A stretch of DNA of 64,000 nt from Nitrosopumilus sp. (GTDB taxonomy: Archaea; Thermoproteota; Nitrososphaeria; Nitrososphaerales; Nitrosopumilaceae), in the NCBI GenBank assembly GCA_965218695.1, contig OZ244651.1, forward strand, positions 416,001 through 480,000. The letters are read 5' to 3'. Position 1 is the first letter of the stretch. Every line of letters begins with the position of its first letter. A program made the translations under genes and the position numbers. The notes under the pieces are model-generated. The model had not been told where the DNA came from. It saw nothing but the letters and a program-made list of their open reading frames with translations, and did not search any database. This document shows positions 45,708 through 56,059 of the stretch, piece by piece.

Positions 45708-46595
45708 ATGACACATGACAACGTCGAGATTATTGGCAAAAACGTCAAGGACATGTACGGGTCATTCATGGGCAATGTAGTAGGGACCATAACTGACATA
45801 GACGGCAGCATTCAGTCAGCCGGCGTCGATTACGGCTCCTACGGACTGCAGCAGATCCCATACGAGCAGATGGTGGTTCAGGACGAGGTGGTCATCTTCA
45901 TTCCGAGATGGAGGCTTGACTCACAGAGACTCATCCGTGAAAAACAGCTTACGCTGCGCCGCCTCAAGGCCCTGATGGACATTGTTGCTGAAAACGATGA
46001 CATGAAGGATGACGCTGAGATCATCCATGAGAAGTACAAGTCAAAACTTGCATCTCTGGATGAGGCAGAGGCTGAAATCAAGGTCAAACTTGAGACAAGA
46101 CTCTCCGAGATCACCGAACAGCAAACGTCTGCCAAGACACTGCTCTTTGATGCCAAGGTGCAGTACAAGAGCGATGAGATCTCCGAGGCCACCTTTGAGA
46201 TTGTAAAATCATCAACCAGTGGCGTACTCGAGCACATCGCACACGAATCCGCAGAGATCTCAAACATCAAGAACCGCATCGTCGATCTTGAACACGAATC
46301 CGAGCGGATCGAAGCACCGGCACACCCGATACAGGAGTCGGCCGTAACGTACCTGGAGGCTGCCATCACGTCACAACAGATGACGCAGACGATGCTTCCG
46401 GAGGCACCGACAGAACCCGTACCGGAGCAGCAGCAGATGCCAGAGCAGACGCCCGAGCCCGTAGAAGCACCGACAGAACCAAAGAATCTCAACCAATCTG
46501 CAGTTCCATTCGCATTCCCAAAGCCGTCTGTACAGACAGCTTCGGAGCCTGCAGACGATGACCAAGACTGGCTTGCCCGAATGGAGGCACAGTAA
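45708..46595 (+). CDS. cdvA: Cell division protein CdvA
   Basis: PRC-barrel start IIGKNVKDMYG, IPRW, coiled coil, Pro-rich tail ending WLARMEAQ. Confidence 0.85.
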   Translation: MTHDNVEIIGKNVKDMYGSFMGNVVGTITDIDGSIQSAGVDYGSYGLQQIPYEQMVVQDEVVIFIPRWRLDSQRLIREKQLTLRRLKALMDIVAENDDMKDDAEIIHEKYKSKLASLDEAEAEIKVKLETRLSEITEQQTSAKTLLFDAKVQYKSDEISEATFEIVKSSTSGVLEHIAHESAEISNIKNRIVDLEHESERIEAPAHPIQESAVTYLEAAITSQQMTQTMLPEAPTEPVPEQQQMPEQTPEPVEAPTEPKNLNQSAVPFAFPKPSVQTASEPADDDQDWLARMEAQ

Positions 46596-46638
46596 TTTTT
46601 TTAACTCCTGAATTACGTCTGGACAGTGACTAATCAAT

Positions 46639-48519
46639 ATGACGACCAATTCAGGACGCGTCGGCCTGAGGGAGAGGGCCGGATCCGACTATGTATCCTT
46701 CTGGGACGACCAGGCAAGGCACCTGTCGTGGTTTGCCCCGTGGGGCAAGACGCTTGACTGGCAGCCTCCTTTTGCCAGGTGGTTTGTGGGGGGGAAGATC
46801 AACGCATCACACAACGCGCTGGATGTCCACCAGAAGGACAGGCCTGACAAGCCTGCGATCCTCTGGGAGGGAGAGGACGGCCAGTCGCGGACCGTCTCGT
46901 ACCGCGACCTGTTCATTCTGGTAAAAAAATTCTCAAACGCCCTAAAGTCACTCGGGGTCCGAGAAGGGGACCGCGTAACGCTTTACCTTCCGATGGTTCC
47001 CGAGACCGTGGTTGCGATGCTGGCGTGCGCAAGAATCGGCGCCGTCCACAACGTGATCTTCTCCGGATTCAGCGCAGCCTCCGTCAAAAGCAGGATCGAG
47101 GACTGCGGCTCCAAGGTGGTGATCACTGCAGACGGGGGGTTCAGGAGGGGGGACGTGATCAGGCTCAAGGACATAATCGACGAGGCAGTAGCCGGCCTCG
47201 ACTTTGTAGAGCACGTGGTGGTGCTTGAGCGGGCAAAAAACACGATATCGCCTGCGCCCCGGGACGTGCTCTGGCGCGACCTGATGGACGGGGCATCTGA
47301 GGAGTGTGATGCGGCGCGGCTTGACAGTGCCCACCCGCTCTACATCCTGTACACCTCCGGAACCACCGGAAAACCCAAGGGGGTGCTTCACGGAACCGGG
47401 GGATACCTCACACACATCCACTCGACATTCGGGTGGGCCTTTGGCATCCGAGACTCTGACGTCTTTTTTTGCACCGCCGACGTAGGCTGGGTCACGGGCC
47501 ACAGCTACGTGGTGTATGCTCCCCTGCTTCACGGGGCCACGGTGGTGCTGTACGAGGGCGCCCCGGACTATCCCGACGTCTCCCGCATGTGGGGCATCAT
47601 CCAACGGTACGGCGTCACGATATTTTATACTGCCCCCACGGCACTTCGGATGTTCATGCGGTTTGGCGACGGCATCCCGGACTCGTTTGATCTCTCGTCG
47701 CTGAGGCTGCTTGGGACCGTGGGCGAGCCCATCAACCCCGAGGTGTGGACGTGGTACCATTCCGTGATTGGAAAGGGCAGGTGCCCCGTCATCGACACCT
47801 GGTGGCAGACCGAGACCGGGGGCATGATGATCTCGGCGCTGCCGGGGCTGGAGACGATTCCGCTCAAGCCCGGCTCCGGGACGTTTCCCATCCCGGGGGT
47901 GGACATCGACGTGGTGGACGGGAACGGCGCATCCCTTCCCCCCGACACCAAGGGCCACCTCGTCATCAGGAATCCGTGGCCGGGGATGCTCCTCACCCTG
48001 TGGAACAACGACGAAAAGTACCGCGAGGCGTACTGGTCAAAGTATCCCGGGTGCTATTATTCAGGCGACTATGCCCTGAGGGATGCTGACGGATACCTCT
48101 GGCTGCTTGGAAGGGCAGACGACGTGCTCAACGTAGCAGGGCACCGGATTGGAACCGCAGAGCTTGAGAGCTGCCTGGTATCCCACGACGATGTCGCAGA
48201 GTCTGCCGTGTGCGGCGTGCCAGACGAGATACGGGGCGAGGCGATCATCGCGTTTGTGGTGCTCACCGCCGGCTCCACTGCGGGCCATGACTCTCTGCGA
48301 GAGGCCCTTGCCGGCAGGGTGCGCGACGAGATCAGCGCCATTGCAGTTCCCGGCAGGATTCATTTCGTCTCAAAGCTTCCCAAGACGCGCAGCGGCAAGA
48401 TCATGAGGCGGCTGATCAAGGACATTGCAGGCGGCGGCAGCCCGAAAGGCGATCTCAGCACGCTTGAGGATTACACTGCCGTATCAGAGATGCAGGACGC
48501 CCTCAGGCCAAGTCCCTGA
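46639..48519 (+). CDS. acs: Acetyl-CoA synthetase (AMP-forming)
   Basis: YTSGTTGKPKG, DTWWQTETG, GRADD, PKTRSGKIMRR. Confidence 0.92.
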   Translation: MTTNSGRVGLRERAGSDYVSFWDDQARHLSWFAPWGKTLDWQPPFARWFVGGKINASHNALDVHQKDRPDKPAILWEGEDGQSRTVSYRDLFILVKKFSNALKSLGVREGDRVTLYLPMVPETVVAMLACARIGAVHNVIFSGFSAASVKSRIEDCGSKVVITADGGFRRGDVIRLKDIIDEAVAGLDFVEHVVVLERAKNTISPAPRDVLWRDLMDGASEECDAARLDSAHPLYILYTSGTTGKPKGVLHGTGGYLTHIHSTFGWAFGIRDSDVFFCTADVGWVTGHSYVVYAPLLHGATVVLYEGAPDYPDVSRMWGIIQRYGVTIFYTAPTALRMFMRFGDGIPDSFDLSSLRLLGTVGEPINPEVWTWYHSVIGKGRCPVIDTWWQTETGGMMISALPGLETIPLKPGSGTFPIPGVDIDVVDGNGASLPPDTKGHLVIRNPWPGMLLTLWNNDEKYREAYWSKYPGCYYSGDYALRDADGYLWLLGRADDVLNVAGHRIGTAELESCLVSHDDVAESAVCGVPDEIRGEAIIAFVVLTAGSTAGHDSLREALAGRVRDEISAIAVPGRIHFVSKLPKTRSGKIMRRLIKDIAGGGSPKGDLSTLEDYTAVSEMQDALRPSP

Positions 48520-48598
48520 CGACTCCCAACAGGTGTGTGTATTGCTGCACCATCATAACCGCCACCACCACCGGCACGGCCGCCGAGCCATCCCCTGG

Positions 48599-49126
48599 TC
48601 ACTCCAGCCTGCCCAGGTCCAAAGACAAAAGCATGTCGAACATCTCCCTGAGCCCGTCGTACTCTGACCTTGAGTGATCGTCAAACCTGTCATACTGCTC
48701 CTGCCTTATCTCGTCAAGCCTGCAGCTTGCGTCGGTGAAGAACTTTTCATACCCTGCGATGTTCTCCCGGGTCATCTGGGCCATGTCAAAGATCACCGTG
48801 TTGCTGCCAAGCAGTTCTGAATTCTCGTCATACAGGCTGGTTGCCTGCAGCAGTCCCAGAAACGTGCTCTTGTCGTGCCTCTGGAACGTGATCCTGATGT
48901 TTGTGACTGCCCCCGTCTCAAACCACGTCTTCAGGGAGTCGTTCATGGCATGCCATGAATCCTTTGGCACGTGCTCAAAGATCGACTTGCCAAGAATCTC
49001 CGACTTTGCGTATCCAAGATTTGCAGCATACGTGGAGTTGCAGTCAAGGATTATCCCTATCGAGTTGATCCTTCTCCACATTATCGGGGCATCCTTGAGA
49101 GTCCTTCTGGCCTCGGTCTGGTGCAT
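48599..49126 (-). CDS. Stand-alone PAS-domain protein
   Basis: GIILDCN..LGY..SEILGKSI PAS signature; start uncertain. Confidence 0.75.
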   Translation of the reverse strand: MHQTEARRTLKDAPIMWRRINSIGIILDCNSTYAANLGYAKSEILGKSIFEHVPKDSWHAMNDSLKTWFETGAVTNIRITFQRHDKSTFLGLLQATSLYDENSELLGSNTVIFDMAQMTRENIAGYEKFFTDASCRLDEIRQEQYDRFDDHSRSEYDGLREMFDMLLSLDLGRLE

Positions 49127-49280
49127 TTTCACATGATAGTTTGGTTTGGTTCCTAATAATGCTTGAAGATATGCCGTGGTAGTCATAGTCGTCACGCCTG
49201 CCAGGATGCTGCCCTTGGACGGATACCCCCCTGTCAGGACAACCCCGCATTGTGCCGATCCAGACGGGTCCCTGTGTGGG

Positions 49281-49350
49281 TGCCTGCCTGCCGGCCTGCC
49301 TGCCGGCCTGCCTGCCGGCCTGCCTGCCGGCCTGCCTGCCGGCCTGCCTG
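49281..49350. repeat. 12-bp tandem repeat (CCTGCCTGCCGG), about 5.5 copies
   Basis: Read directly from sequence. Confidence 0.92.
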
Positions 49351-49430
49351 GCACGTCACCGTTCCCGTGCTGCACCGCCCATGCGGCAGTCCTTCGGGCC
49401 GTTGACAAAATCATTCGCCAACAGATGTCG

Positions 49431-50450
49431 TCAAAACCACTGATCCAGGTTCTGGCTTCTCTTCTCGACTGACCTGCGCAGCCTGTTCAGCGTCGAGCGG
49501 ACCCTCTCCTCTGAAAAGCTCCTCTCTGAGAGATAGTCCGTTATGCCCTCGTAATCCACCTGGCCAAACGTTATGTCGCCAACATCAGCCACGTCCGGAT
49601 TCAAGAAGATCTTGCGTATCCGCTCAAAGTCGATCTCCTGCAGCTGCTCCTGAATCTGCGGAATGTCCTCCAGCCTCGAATGCTGCCTTATCATCTTTAA
49701 TGCCGTCTTTGGGCCTATCCTCTCAAACCCCTTTGGATTAAAGTCGGTTCCAATCAGGATGCCCACGTCCACCAGCTGCTCCCTTTTTAGTCCTAATGAG
49801 TCCAGGGTCTTTTGCGTCCTGATGATCTCCGGCACCACGTCCACGTATGCGTTCCTGTTTGGAATCTTCCTCCTTCCGCTGTTTGTAAAGTTTCTTACCA
49901 GTATCTTTGCGCCGCACAGGATGGAATCAAAGTCCTGGCTTGCGCAGGCGTATGCCTGCCCCGTGTTTGTCAGGTGTGCCGCAGTCGCCTCGCCCTCTGA
50001 TGCGGCCTCCACGTACGGAATCCCAAACAGTCCCAGGATGTGCTTTGAGTCCCTGACCATCCCGTCCTTCATGGCAGTAGTCTGCTGTGCGTATTTTCTT
50101 GCATCCTCCATCTTTCCTTCCCTGACTGCCTTTTCGTACTTTATGGTGGCATCCTTTTTGATCTGCTTCCTCCTTTCGATCTCTGCGGCCTTGAGGGACG
50201 GAGGCTTTCCGTCAAAGATGTAGACTGGCCTTATCCCAAGGGACAGGAAGTTGACGTTCCTGTAGAGCAGCCCGCTCAGGTGGCTGGTCACCCTTCCCTC
50301 GGAATCGGACAGCTGCTGCCCGTCCGGCCCCCTGATGCTTGCCAGAAACTGGTAGATGGCATTGTATGCGTCAATGGCGACCACCTTGGCAGAAAACGCA
50401 TCAAGGCTGGTCTTCTCCCTCTCCACCAGTTCCTTCAGGTTCAGCCCCAT
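49431..50450 (-). CDS. fen: Flap endonuclease 1
   Basis: [34 protein letters not shown] box QNLDQWF. Confidence 0.95.
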   Translation of the reverse strand: MGLNLKELVEREKTSLDAFSAKVVAIDAYNAIYQFLASIRGPDGQQLSDSEGRVTSHLSGLLYRNVNFLSLGIRPVYIFDGKPPSLKAAEIERRKQIKKDATIKYEKAVREGKMEDARKYAQQTTAMKDGMVRDSKHILGLFGIPYVEAASEGEATAAHLTNTGQAYACASQDFDSILCGAKILVRNFTNSGRRKIPNRNAYVDVVPEIIRTQKTLDSLGLKREQLVDVGILIGTDFNPKGFERIGPKTALKMIRQHSRLEDIPQIQEQLQEIDFERIRKIFLNPDVADVGDITFGQVDYEGITDYLSERSFSEERVRSTLNRLRRSVEKRSQNLDQWF

Positions 50451-50648
50451 GGAATATCATGGAACGGTGCGCTATTTTGTGTTTGTCCTTTTCCATACGT
50501 CACACGTACCGCTCCAAACGCCAGTTCCTGCATGCCCCTCTCTACTGCCTGGCCGCAGCCGGTGTAGGAGATCTGTCCGGGAACCTGCCTGTCTGCCTGC
50601 TTGCCTGTCAGGAACCGGTTTTAATATGGACGCACTCCCGTATTTGGC

Positions 50649-50912
50649 ATGAAGGCGCCGTCCCCGCTCAGACCATGCCTGGAGGATCGTATATTTGAGA
50701 TCAGGCACGCTACTGACGGCACGGCATCTCGAATCACGTCCTACTTTCCGCTTGGCGAATCCGAGATACGGGAGATCTTCCTGGCCACCGGCGCCAAACC
50801 CGAGATACGCTCCATATTCACCGACGAGATCAGCGACGAGGATTGGGAGCGCACCCGGACGCAGATCAAAAAAAGGTTCAACGACGAACTGATCGGCATT
50901 GGGCAGGGCTAA
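50649..50912 (+). CDS. Hypothetical protein
   Basis: 87-aa ORF divergent from fen with normal composition. Confidence 0.6.
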   Translation: MKAPSPLRPCLEDRIFEIRHATDGTASRITSYFPLGESEIREIFLATGAKPEIRSIFTDEISDEDWERTRTQIKKRFNDELIGIGQG

Positions 50913-50919
50913 CCTGCAT

Positions 50920-51186
50920 TCAGGATTGTTTTTTACAAGCCTGTGAGCGATGTCTTGCCTTGACTACATGTAAAACCAGTTTGTCATTGACGGTATTCAC
51001 AATTCCCCGATAGCCTCCCATTCTAAATTTGTAAAACGGCGAGTTTACCATCTTTTCAAGCAATCTGTAAGGATCCAAAGCAATCTCATCCATCAACAAA
51101 ATGATTTTTTTGGCAAGATCTTCTCCAAGACCATCAAGATCTCTTTGAGCCCGGGCGAAATAAACCACCCTCCAGCCACGTGCCAA
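50920..51186 (-). CDS. relE: RelE/ParE-family toxin
   Basis: W.V.....A.RDL, YKFRMGGYRG, V..RHRS. Confidence 0.85.
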   Translation of the reverse strand: MARGWRVVYFARAQRDLDGLGEDLAKKIILLMDEIALDPYRLLEKMVNSPFYKFRMGGYRGIVNTVNDKLVLHVVKARHRSQACKKQS

Positions 51187-51188
51187 AT

Positions 51189-51423
51189 TTATAGCCCATA
51201 CTTTTTTTTCATTTGAGACTGAGTTTGGTAGTCGCCTTTTTCAATCTCCAAAATCGATGCCTTAATCTCTAGAATGTCTTTTTCTGTAAGCAGGTCTGCA
51301 TCTTCCTCAGCTTTGGATTTTAAGATCCTATTAATCATGGTTTCCATGGATTCGCTTGGGTGGTTTTTAAACTGTTCCCATTCTTCTTTGGATTTTTGAG
51401 ACCGCAATACTTGACTGTTCCAT
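51189..51423 (-). pseudogene. Antitoxin upstream of RelE, apparently frameshifted at an A5 run near 51395
   Basis: ATG at 51423 gives MEQSSIAVSK; the body SKEEWEQFKNHPSESMETMINRIL..EIEKG..KKKYGL is in another frame. Confidence 0.65.
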
Positions 51424-51430
51424 AGATGCC

Positions 51431-52643
51431 GGGTGTGTCCTAGAGAGATATACTCTAGGATGACAAAAGATATGGATCGGCGGATCACGGCATCGCCTAA
51501 TGACTACAAAGAAACGCGACCAACGACAGTACGATCTGGTTCAGCAGTACATGCCGGGCCTCATGCTGAATACCGTGCTGGGGATAATCAAAGAGCTTGG
51601 GGATCCGTACGCCGTCTGGCCCGGTCTGGGTGGCATGACGGCATACCCGCCTGGCGCCATGGCAGCTGTCTGCATCATGCTTGAGGCACAGCGCACGACC
51701 TACCGCAAGATGGTCGGCATTCTCCGAAGTAACGGCGTCATGGCAGCCAGGATGGGCCTGGACAGAATTCCCTCCAAGAGCACGATAGCACGCGCCTACG
51801 GCCTGATCCCGGAATGGTATCTGGCAGAGGCACACCGGATTGCCATCAGGGAGGTGGGGACAGGCTCCTTGGCAGCAGACAGCACCGGGTACTCGTACCT
51901 GCGGTTTGTCAGGTGGTTTAACGTCAGGACCGACAGTTTTCGTACCAGAAAGGGATGGGTCAAGCTGCACGCAATCGTGGACATACGCACCAGGGTGATA
52001 ATCGACTGCATGACAACTGACAGCGCGGTGGCAGACATAAACGGGCTGTACGCGATGCTCGGCAGGCTCGGCCTAGGCACCGGTGACTTTTGCCTGGATT
52101 CTGCATACCTGGCAAGGCTCATGTGCAACATGATATCTGCGATGGGAATGGTGCCCCGCATCAAGCCAAAATCCAACACCATACGCAACGCCAGGGGAAG
52201 TCAGTCGTGGCGCGAGATGGTAAGCCTGTACATGGATGACAAGGACAGGTTTGATTCGCAATACCACCAGCGCAGCATCATCGAGGCAGTCTTTGCAGCC
52301 CTCAAGAAGATGTACGGGGACAGCACCAGGTGCCGAAAACACGAGAACCGGACAAGGGAGACTGCGATCCGTGTCATGTGCTACAACGTCGAGCTCGTGG
52401 CCAGATTGCAGGCAAAAGACGGCAGGCTCACACAGGATCAAATCGCGACACTTGCAGCGTAACCGGCGCGTCTTGACACGCGCCTCCTAGCGGAGCCTCC
52501 GCACAGTGTCTTGGATTTGGGGGATTTTATGGGTTGTGGGGGATTAATGGTGCGGCACTGTTGGTGTCGACGGGTTCTGGCACCAATCATGTCTTTGGCA
52601 TCCTGGCACATGAAATGGCATTTTTTATTACTAGGACACACCC
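51431..52643 (+). mobile_element. IS5/IS4-like element (type c)
   Basis: 13-bp TIR GGGTGTGTCCTAG; 9-bp TSD ATAGATGCC at 51422..51430 and 52644..52652. Confidence 0.92.
51500..52462 (+). CDS. DDE transposase (IS5-like)
   Basis: ADSTG, KLHAIVD, LDSAY, YHQRSIIE. Confidence 0.9.
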   Translation: MTTKKRDQRQYDLVQQYMPGLMLNTVLGIIKELGDPYAVWPGLGGMTAYPPGAMAAVCIMLEAQRTTYRKMVGILRSNGVMAARMGLDRIPSKSTIARAYGLIPEWYLAEAHRIAIREVGTGSLAADSTGYSYLRFVRWFNVRTDSFRTRKGWVKLHAIVDIRTRVIIDCMTTDSAVADINGLYAMLGRLGLGTGDFCLDSAYLARLMCNMISAMGMVPRIKPKSNTIRNARGSQSWREMVSLYMDDKDRFDSQYHQRSIIEAVFAALKKMYGDSTRCRKHENRTRETAIRVMCYNVELVARLQAKDGRLTQDQIATLAA

Positions 52644-52693
52644 ATAGATGCCTATAGGTGTCTATAATATTCAACGATTCACCTACACCCCAG

Positions 52694-52720
52694 TGGCAGG
52701 AAGGGTAGGTGAATTCATAC
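52694..52720. mobile_element. Solo IS66 terminus (footprint)
   Basis: 52693..52720 matches IS66 end 58831..58858 at 25/28 nt; flanked by 8-bp direct repeat CACCCCAG (52686..52693, 52721..52728). Confidence 0.7.
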
Positions 52721-52868
52721 CACCCCAGATAAACCAAACGTGATCACGGCGCGGCAGGATCGAGTGGTGGCTCAGGTGATGTGATGATTAGCAAGAGACT
52801 CCAGGGGCGAGAAGCAACGTAGGTGGGAATCCATCAAGGAGAAGTACTTCAACCTTGACGGCGGCTAT

Positions 52869-55060
52869 GTACGCGTTCACCTCCCCCCTCCATTTGGTGC
52901 GACACTGTTGAGCCTTTTGGCACATATGACAATTGGATGGGTCAGAATTTACAAACAAAATTAGATTTTTTAGATTAGGTGATTAAAACGGCTGCACGTG
53001 AGATGTGAATTACCATGACCCACACGCACGTGCGCCAATATACACACGCAGAATCCGTATTTAAGAATGCAAACTGCACGGCGTCGCGGCGGATGCAGGT
53101 GCAGTCCTGAATGGTTGTCCCGAAATCCGAAAGGATCATACTGCAGGCAGAGCTGCGCCGCGTGTGGGGAATCGTGGAGATCCTGCTGGGCCTGGTCGCA
53201 GCCTCTCTGGGAACCACCGGAAAGACGCTGGCTGTCGTTATCGAGGAGACGGCGCACCAGGCAGAGGAGATCCGGACCCTGAAGGCAGAGAAGAAGCAGC
53301 TGGCCCGGGAACTTTCAGTCCACGAGAGTTGGAACCATTCATCCAGGGGCGCCGTGCTGTTTACCCGGAAGCGAAGAGCCTTCAAAAGTGATCCGCAGGT
53401 AAGGGCAGACACGGGCGATGCCCCAGATACGGGCAAAAAGCCCGGACACCGGCCGGGTCAGCCGGGAGTCTCCCACGGCCGCAGGCCGGCTGACATCAGG
53501 ATGTGCAGTGCGCCCATGTGCAAAAACTGCGGCGGCACCTACATGCTGCCCGAGGATGCCTTTTGGAAGACGGTGATAGATGTCACCGAATCCGGCAAGC
53601 CAGTCTGTTATGCCGAGATGATCGCGCCCGGGTACTGCCTCACGTGCCAGGCAGTCACGTATCCTGACGCGGACTCGATTCCCGGAACGTGGTTTGGCCC
53701 CAACCTGAGAAAGAAGATTGCCAACATGCACAGGGTATCGGTTTCGCTCAGAAGCATGCAGTACCTGCTGGCATCAAACCACGGCATCAGGGCATCACTG
53801 GGGTGCATATCCCACGCCCTAGAGGCAATAGCAACGCGCGGCAGCCTCGGAGACGCCCCGAGGCTGCCGGAGCCAAAGGAGGACATGCCGTCTCCCTTGT
53901 TCGGGGCGCCGTTCCCCACGCCTGCGCGCCCCGAACCCGACGCCGGCGGCCATACCGCATGGAACGGCCTGATGAGGCGGCCGCTCATCACGCAGATAAC
54001 AGAAAAGATGAGCATGGCGCCAAGCGTGTCCGAAGACGAGTCCGGCGAAAAGGTCGCAGGAAAGAACGTGCAGGCCATACTACTGATCTCAAAATACTGC
54101 GTGCTGGTATGCATCAGGCCTGACAAGACCAAGGAGACCATGAGGGACGTGCTTTGGATGGTGCTGAACAGGCCGTTCGTGGCAGACATGTACCGTGCCG
54201 GCAACGCCCTTGAGGGGGACTTTCAGACGTGCTTTGTCCACGTGGTTCGCAAGTGCGAGGGCCTGGCCATACGCCACGGAGTCAATTCCTTCGAGTATGC
54301 GTGGTACGTGACGCTGCTCAAGATATATCGGGACGCCAAGACCGCCGCAAGGAATGCACTCGAGATGGCCGGCAGGGCAGAAGAGTCGGCCTGCGACGCA
54401 GGCCGACTCGTCAAAAACACCCCGGGACTGGAAGAATACGTCAAATCAAGCCAGGATTCCCTGCAAAAACGCATCCTGACGCTCGTCGATGCCTGCCGCA
54501 ACGGATGCGTCTCAGACGAGAAGAGCCGCGATTTTGCAGGCTCGCTTGAACGCGCCGCGCCATACCTTACAGAGTTTATCAGGCATCCTGGAATGGACGG
54601 CAACAACAACGCGTGCGAGAGGGCCGTACGAACGCACATCGTAAGGCCGCGCGACATACACCACGCGTTTCCCAACTGGAAGGCAGCCGACACTTTTGCC
54701 AAACTCCAGACGATTCACGCCACGGCAGAAAAGCTTGGAATGTTCTCGGGGGACGCGGTGACTGCCGATGCCTCGCAGGACATGTTCGGGTCCGGAATAC
54801 CGCCCCCGATATTTCCGAATCTCAAATAACCGTGCCACGACATCCCGCAGATCCGGATCGTTGCCGCACCATTTGGCTTAGGCAGGATGCATCGCAGATC
54901 ATGCCGCAAAAAGCCTCAGGCCTGCCTGCAGGATGGCATTGCCATACATTTTCACACCGACGTGTCTTCTGGTGGATGATTCCATGATGGAGTCAATCAC
55001 ATGCCCATGTATGACATCCCGACTAGCGTGGAATTGGCAAGGGGGGAGGTGAACGCGTAC
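52869..55060 (+). mobile_element. IS66-family element (type b)
   Basis: TIR GTACGCGTTCACCTCCCCCCT; 8-bp TSD GCGGCTAT at 52861..52868 and 55061..55068. Confidence 0.92.
53111..54829 (+). CDS. IS66-family transposase (divergent)
   Basis: PGHRPGQPG, CxxC..CxxC, EDES, AD, QTCFVH, NNACERAVR. Confidence 0.85.
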   Translation: MVVPKSERIILQAELRRVWGIVEILLGLVAASLGTTGKTLAVVIEETAHQAEEIRTLKAEKKQLARELSVHESWNHSSRGAVLFTRKRRAFKSDPQVRADTGDAPDTGKKPGHRPGQPGVSHGRRPADIRMCSAPMCKNCGGTYMLPEDAFWKTVIDVTESGKPVCYAEMIAPGYCLTCQAVTYPDADSIPGTWFGPNLRKKIANMHRVSVSLRSMQYLLASNHGIRASLGCISHALEAIATRGSLGDAPRLPEPKEDMPSPLFGAPFPTPARPEPDAGGHTAWNGLMRRPLITQITEKMSMAPSVSEDESGEKVAGKNVQAILLISKYCVLVCIRPDKTKETMRDVLWMVLNRPFVADMYRAGNALEGDFQTCFVHVVRKCEGLAIRHGVNSFEYAWYVTLLKIYRDAKTAARNALEMAGRAEESACDAGRLVKNTPGLEEYVKSSQDSLQKRILTLVDACRNGCVSDEKSRDFAGSLERAAPYLTEFIRHPGMDGNNNACERAVRTHIVRPRDIHHAFPNWKAADTFAKLQTIHATAEKLGMFSGDAVTADASQDMFGSGIPPPIFPNLK

Positions 55061-55490
55061 GCGGCTATTACCGGACGGGATGCGTGTTCAGATAAAAGGC
55101 GGTCCCTGTGCCTCTAAGGACACGTAGCCAGCGACCACTGACGGGAACCGTACTTGTGTTACGCCAAGATCATATTTAGGCGTTTTGAACGCCATTTTTG
55201 GCACTGTTCAAAAATGTGGATCATGCCCAAACCTCATTCGAATAGAACCGTCAGATCGCCCAATTTGAACAGTGCCTCCACACCCCCAAGCTATTCCGCC
55301 TTACCCCGCCCGGGTTCAGGTGCCCAAGATTACACAGAACCTACCAAAGAAAGCCTAAGAATCGACGGGGCATAAGGCATGCAGATCGAAAGCCAGTTGG
55401 AATAGGCAGTCTGGCGGGAACGGATGTTGGCATAGGTGGGTTATTTGAGGATCTAACCTGATTTATTTTGGGGTACATCCCAGCCTAGTT

Positions 55491-55575
55491 GCCGGGATAG
55501 CCAAGCGGTAAGGCGGCCGTCTCGAAAACGGCTATGTGAAAGCATGCAGGGGTTCGAATCCCTTTCCCGGCGCCA
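55491..55575 (+). tRNA. tRNA-Ser (anticodon CGA), encoded CCA, no intron
   Basis: Acceptor GCCGGGA/TCCCGGC, anticodon arm GCCGT-CTCGAAA-ACGGC, long variable arm, T-loop GGTTCGAATCC. Confidence 0.95.
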
Positions 55576-55861
55576 CCACAATCACCCTCATGGAATGTAA
55601 AAGCAGTGGTTTCCGTATATCCTGTAGCAGTTGGTGAATAGCAGGTAGAACGTTATGATCGACAGCGGCCCGAATATCAGAAACAGCGTACGGTGACTCA
55701 TCCGGTTCAGCCAGTCAAATATCCCCATGACTCGTGTATCCGCAGCGCGCAATAATAGTTTGACACCCCGGGACCGACCGACCGACCGCCCGCCCGCCTG
55801 GCACCAGATACCCCCAAAACGCCCTCAAAATCTTTAAAGTCGCATGACTGCAAGACCTGCC

Positions 55862-56047
55862 ATGGCCGGAGAGATCGAATCCCGCATACTGGCATCGGGA
55901 ATTCCCCTGGACAGGCTGATCCTCCACTTTCGGGAGAGGTGCAGGGTGTGCGGGCACCACCGGATAATGCACGACGAGGCCGGCCGTTGCGAGGGCGTGA
56001 TGAACAAGCCGTGCAACTCCGGATGCGACGGCTTTGAGGCAGAATGA
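55862..56047 (+). CDS. Small Cys/His-rich hypothetical protein (possible zinc binding)
   Basis: CRVCGH..H....C......C..GC..F pattern. Confidence 0.6.
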   Translation: MAGEIESRILASGIPLDRLILHFRERCRVCGHHRIMHDEAGRCEGVMNKPCNSGCDGFEAE

Positions 56048-56059
56048 TCACAACGCCTC

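Noticed and set aside
52780-55096. Gene remnant split by IS66 (..RWESIKEKYFNLDGGYYRTGCVFR)
   Set aside because: Too short and degraded to assign a family.
55491-55575. tRNA-Ser as integration site for the upstream accessory region
   Set aside because: No duplicated tRNA fragment or integrase seen in the window.
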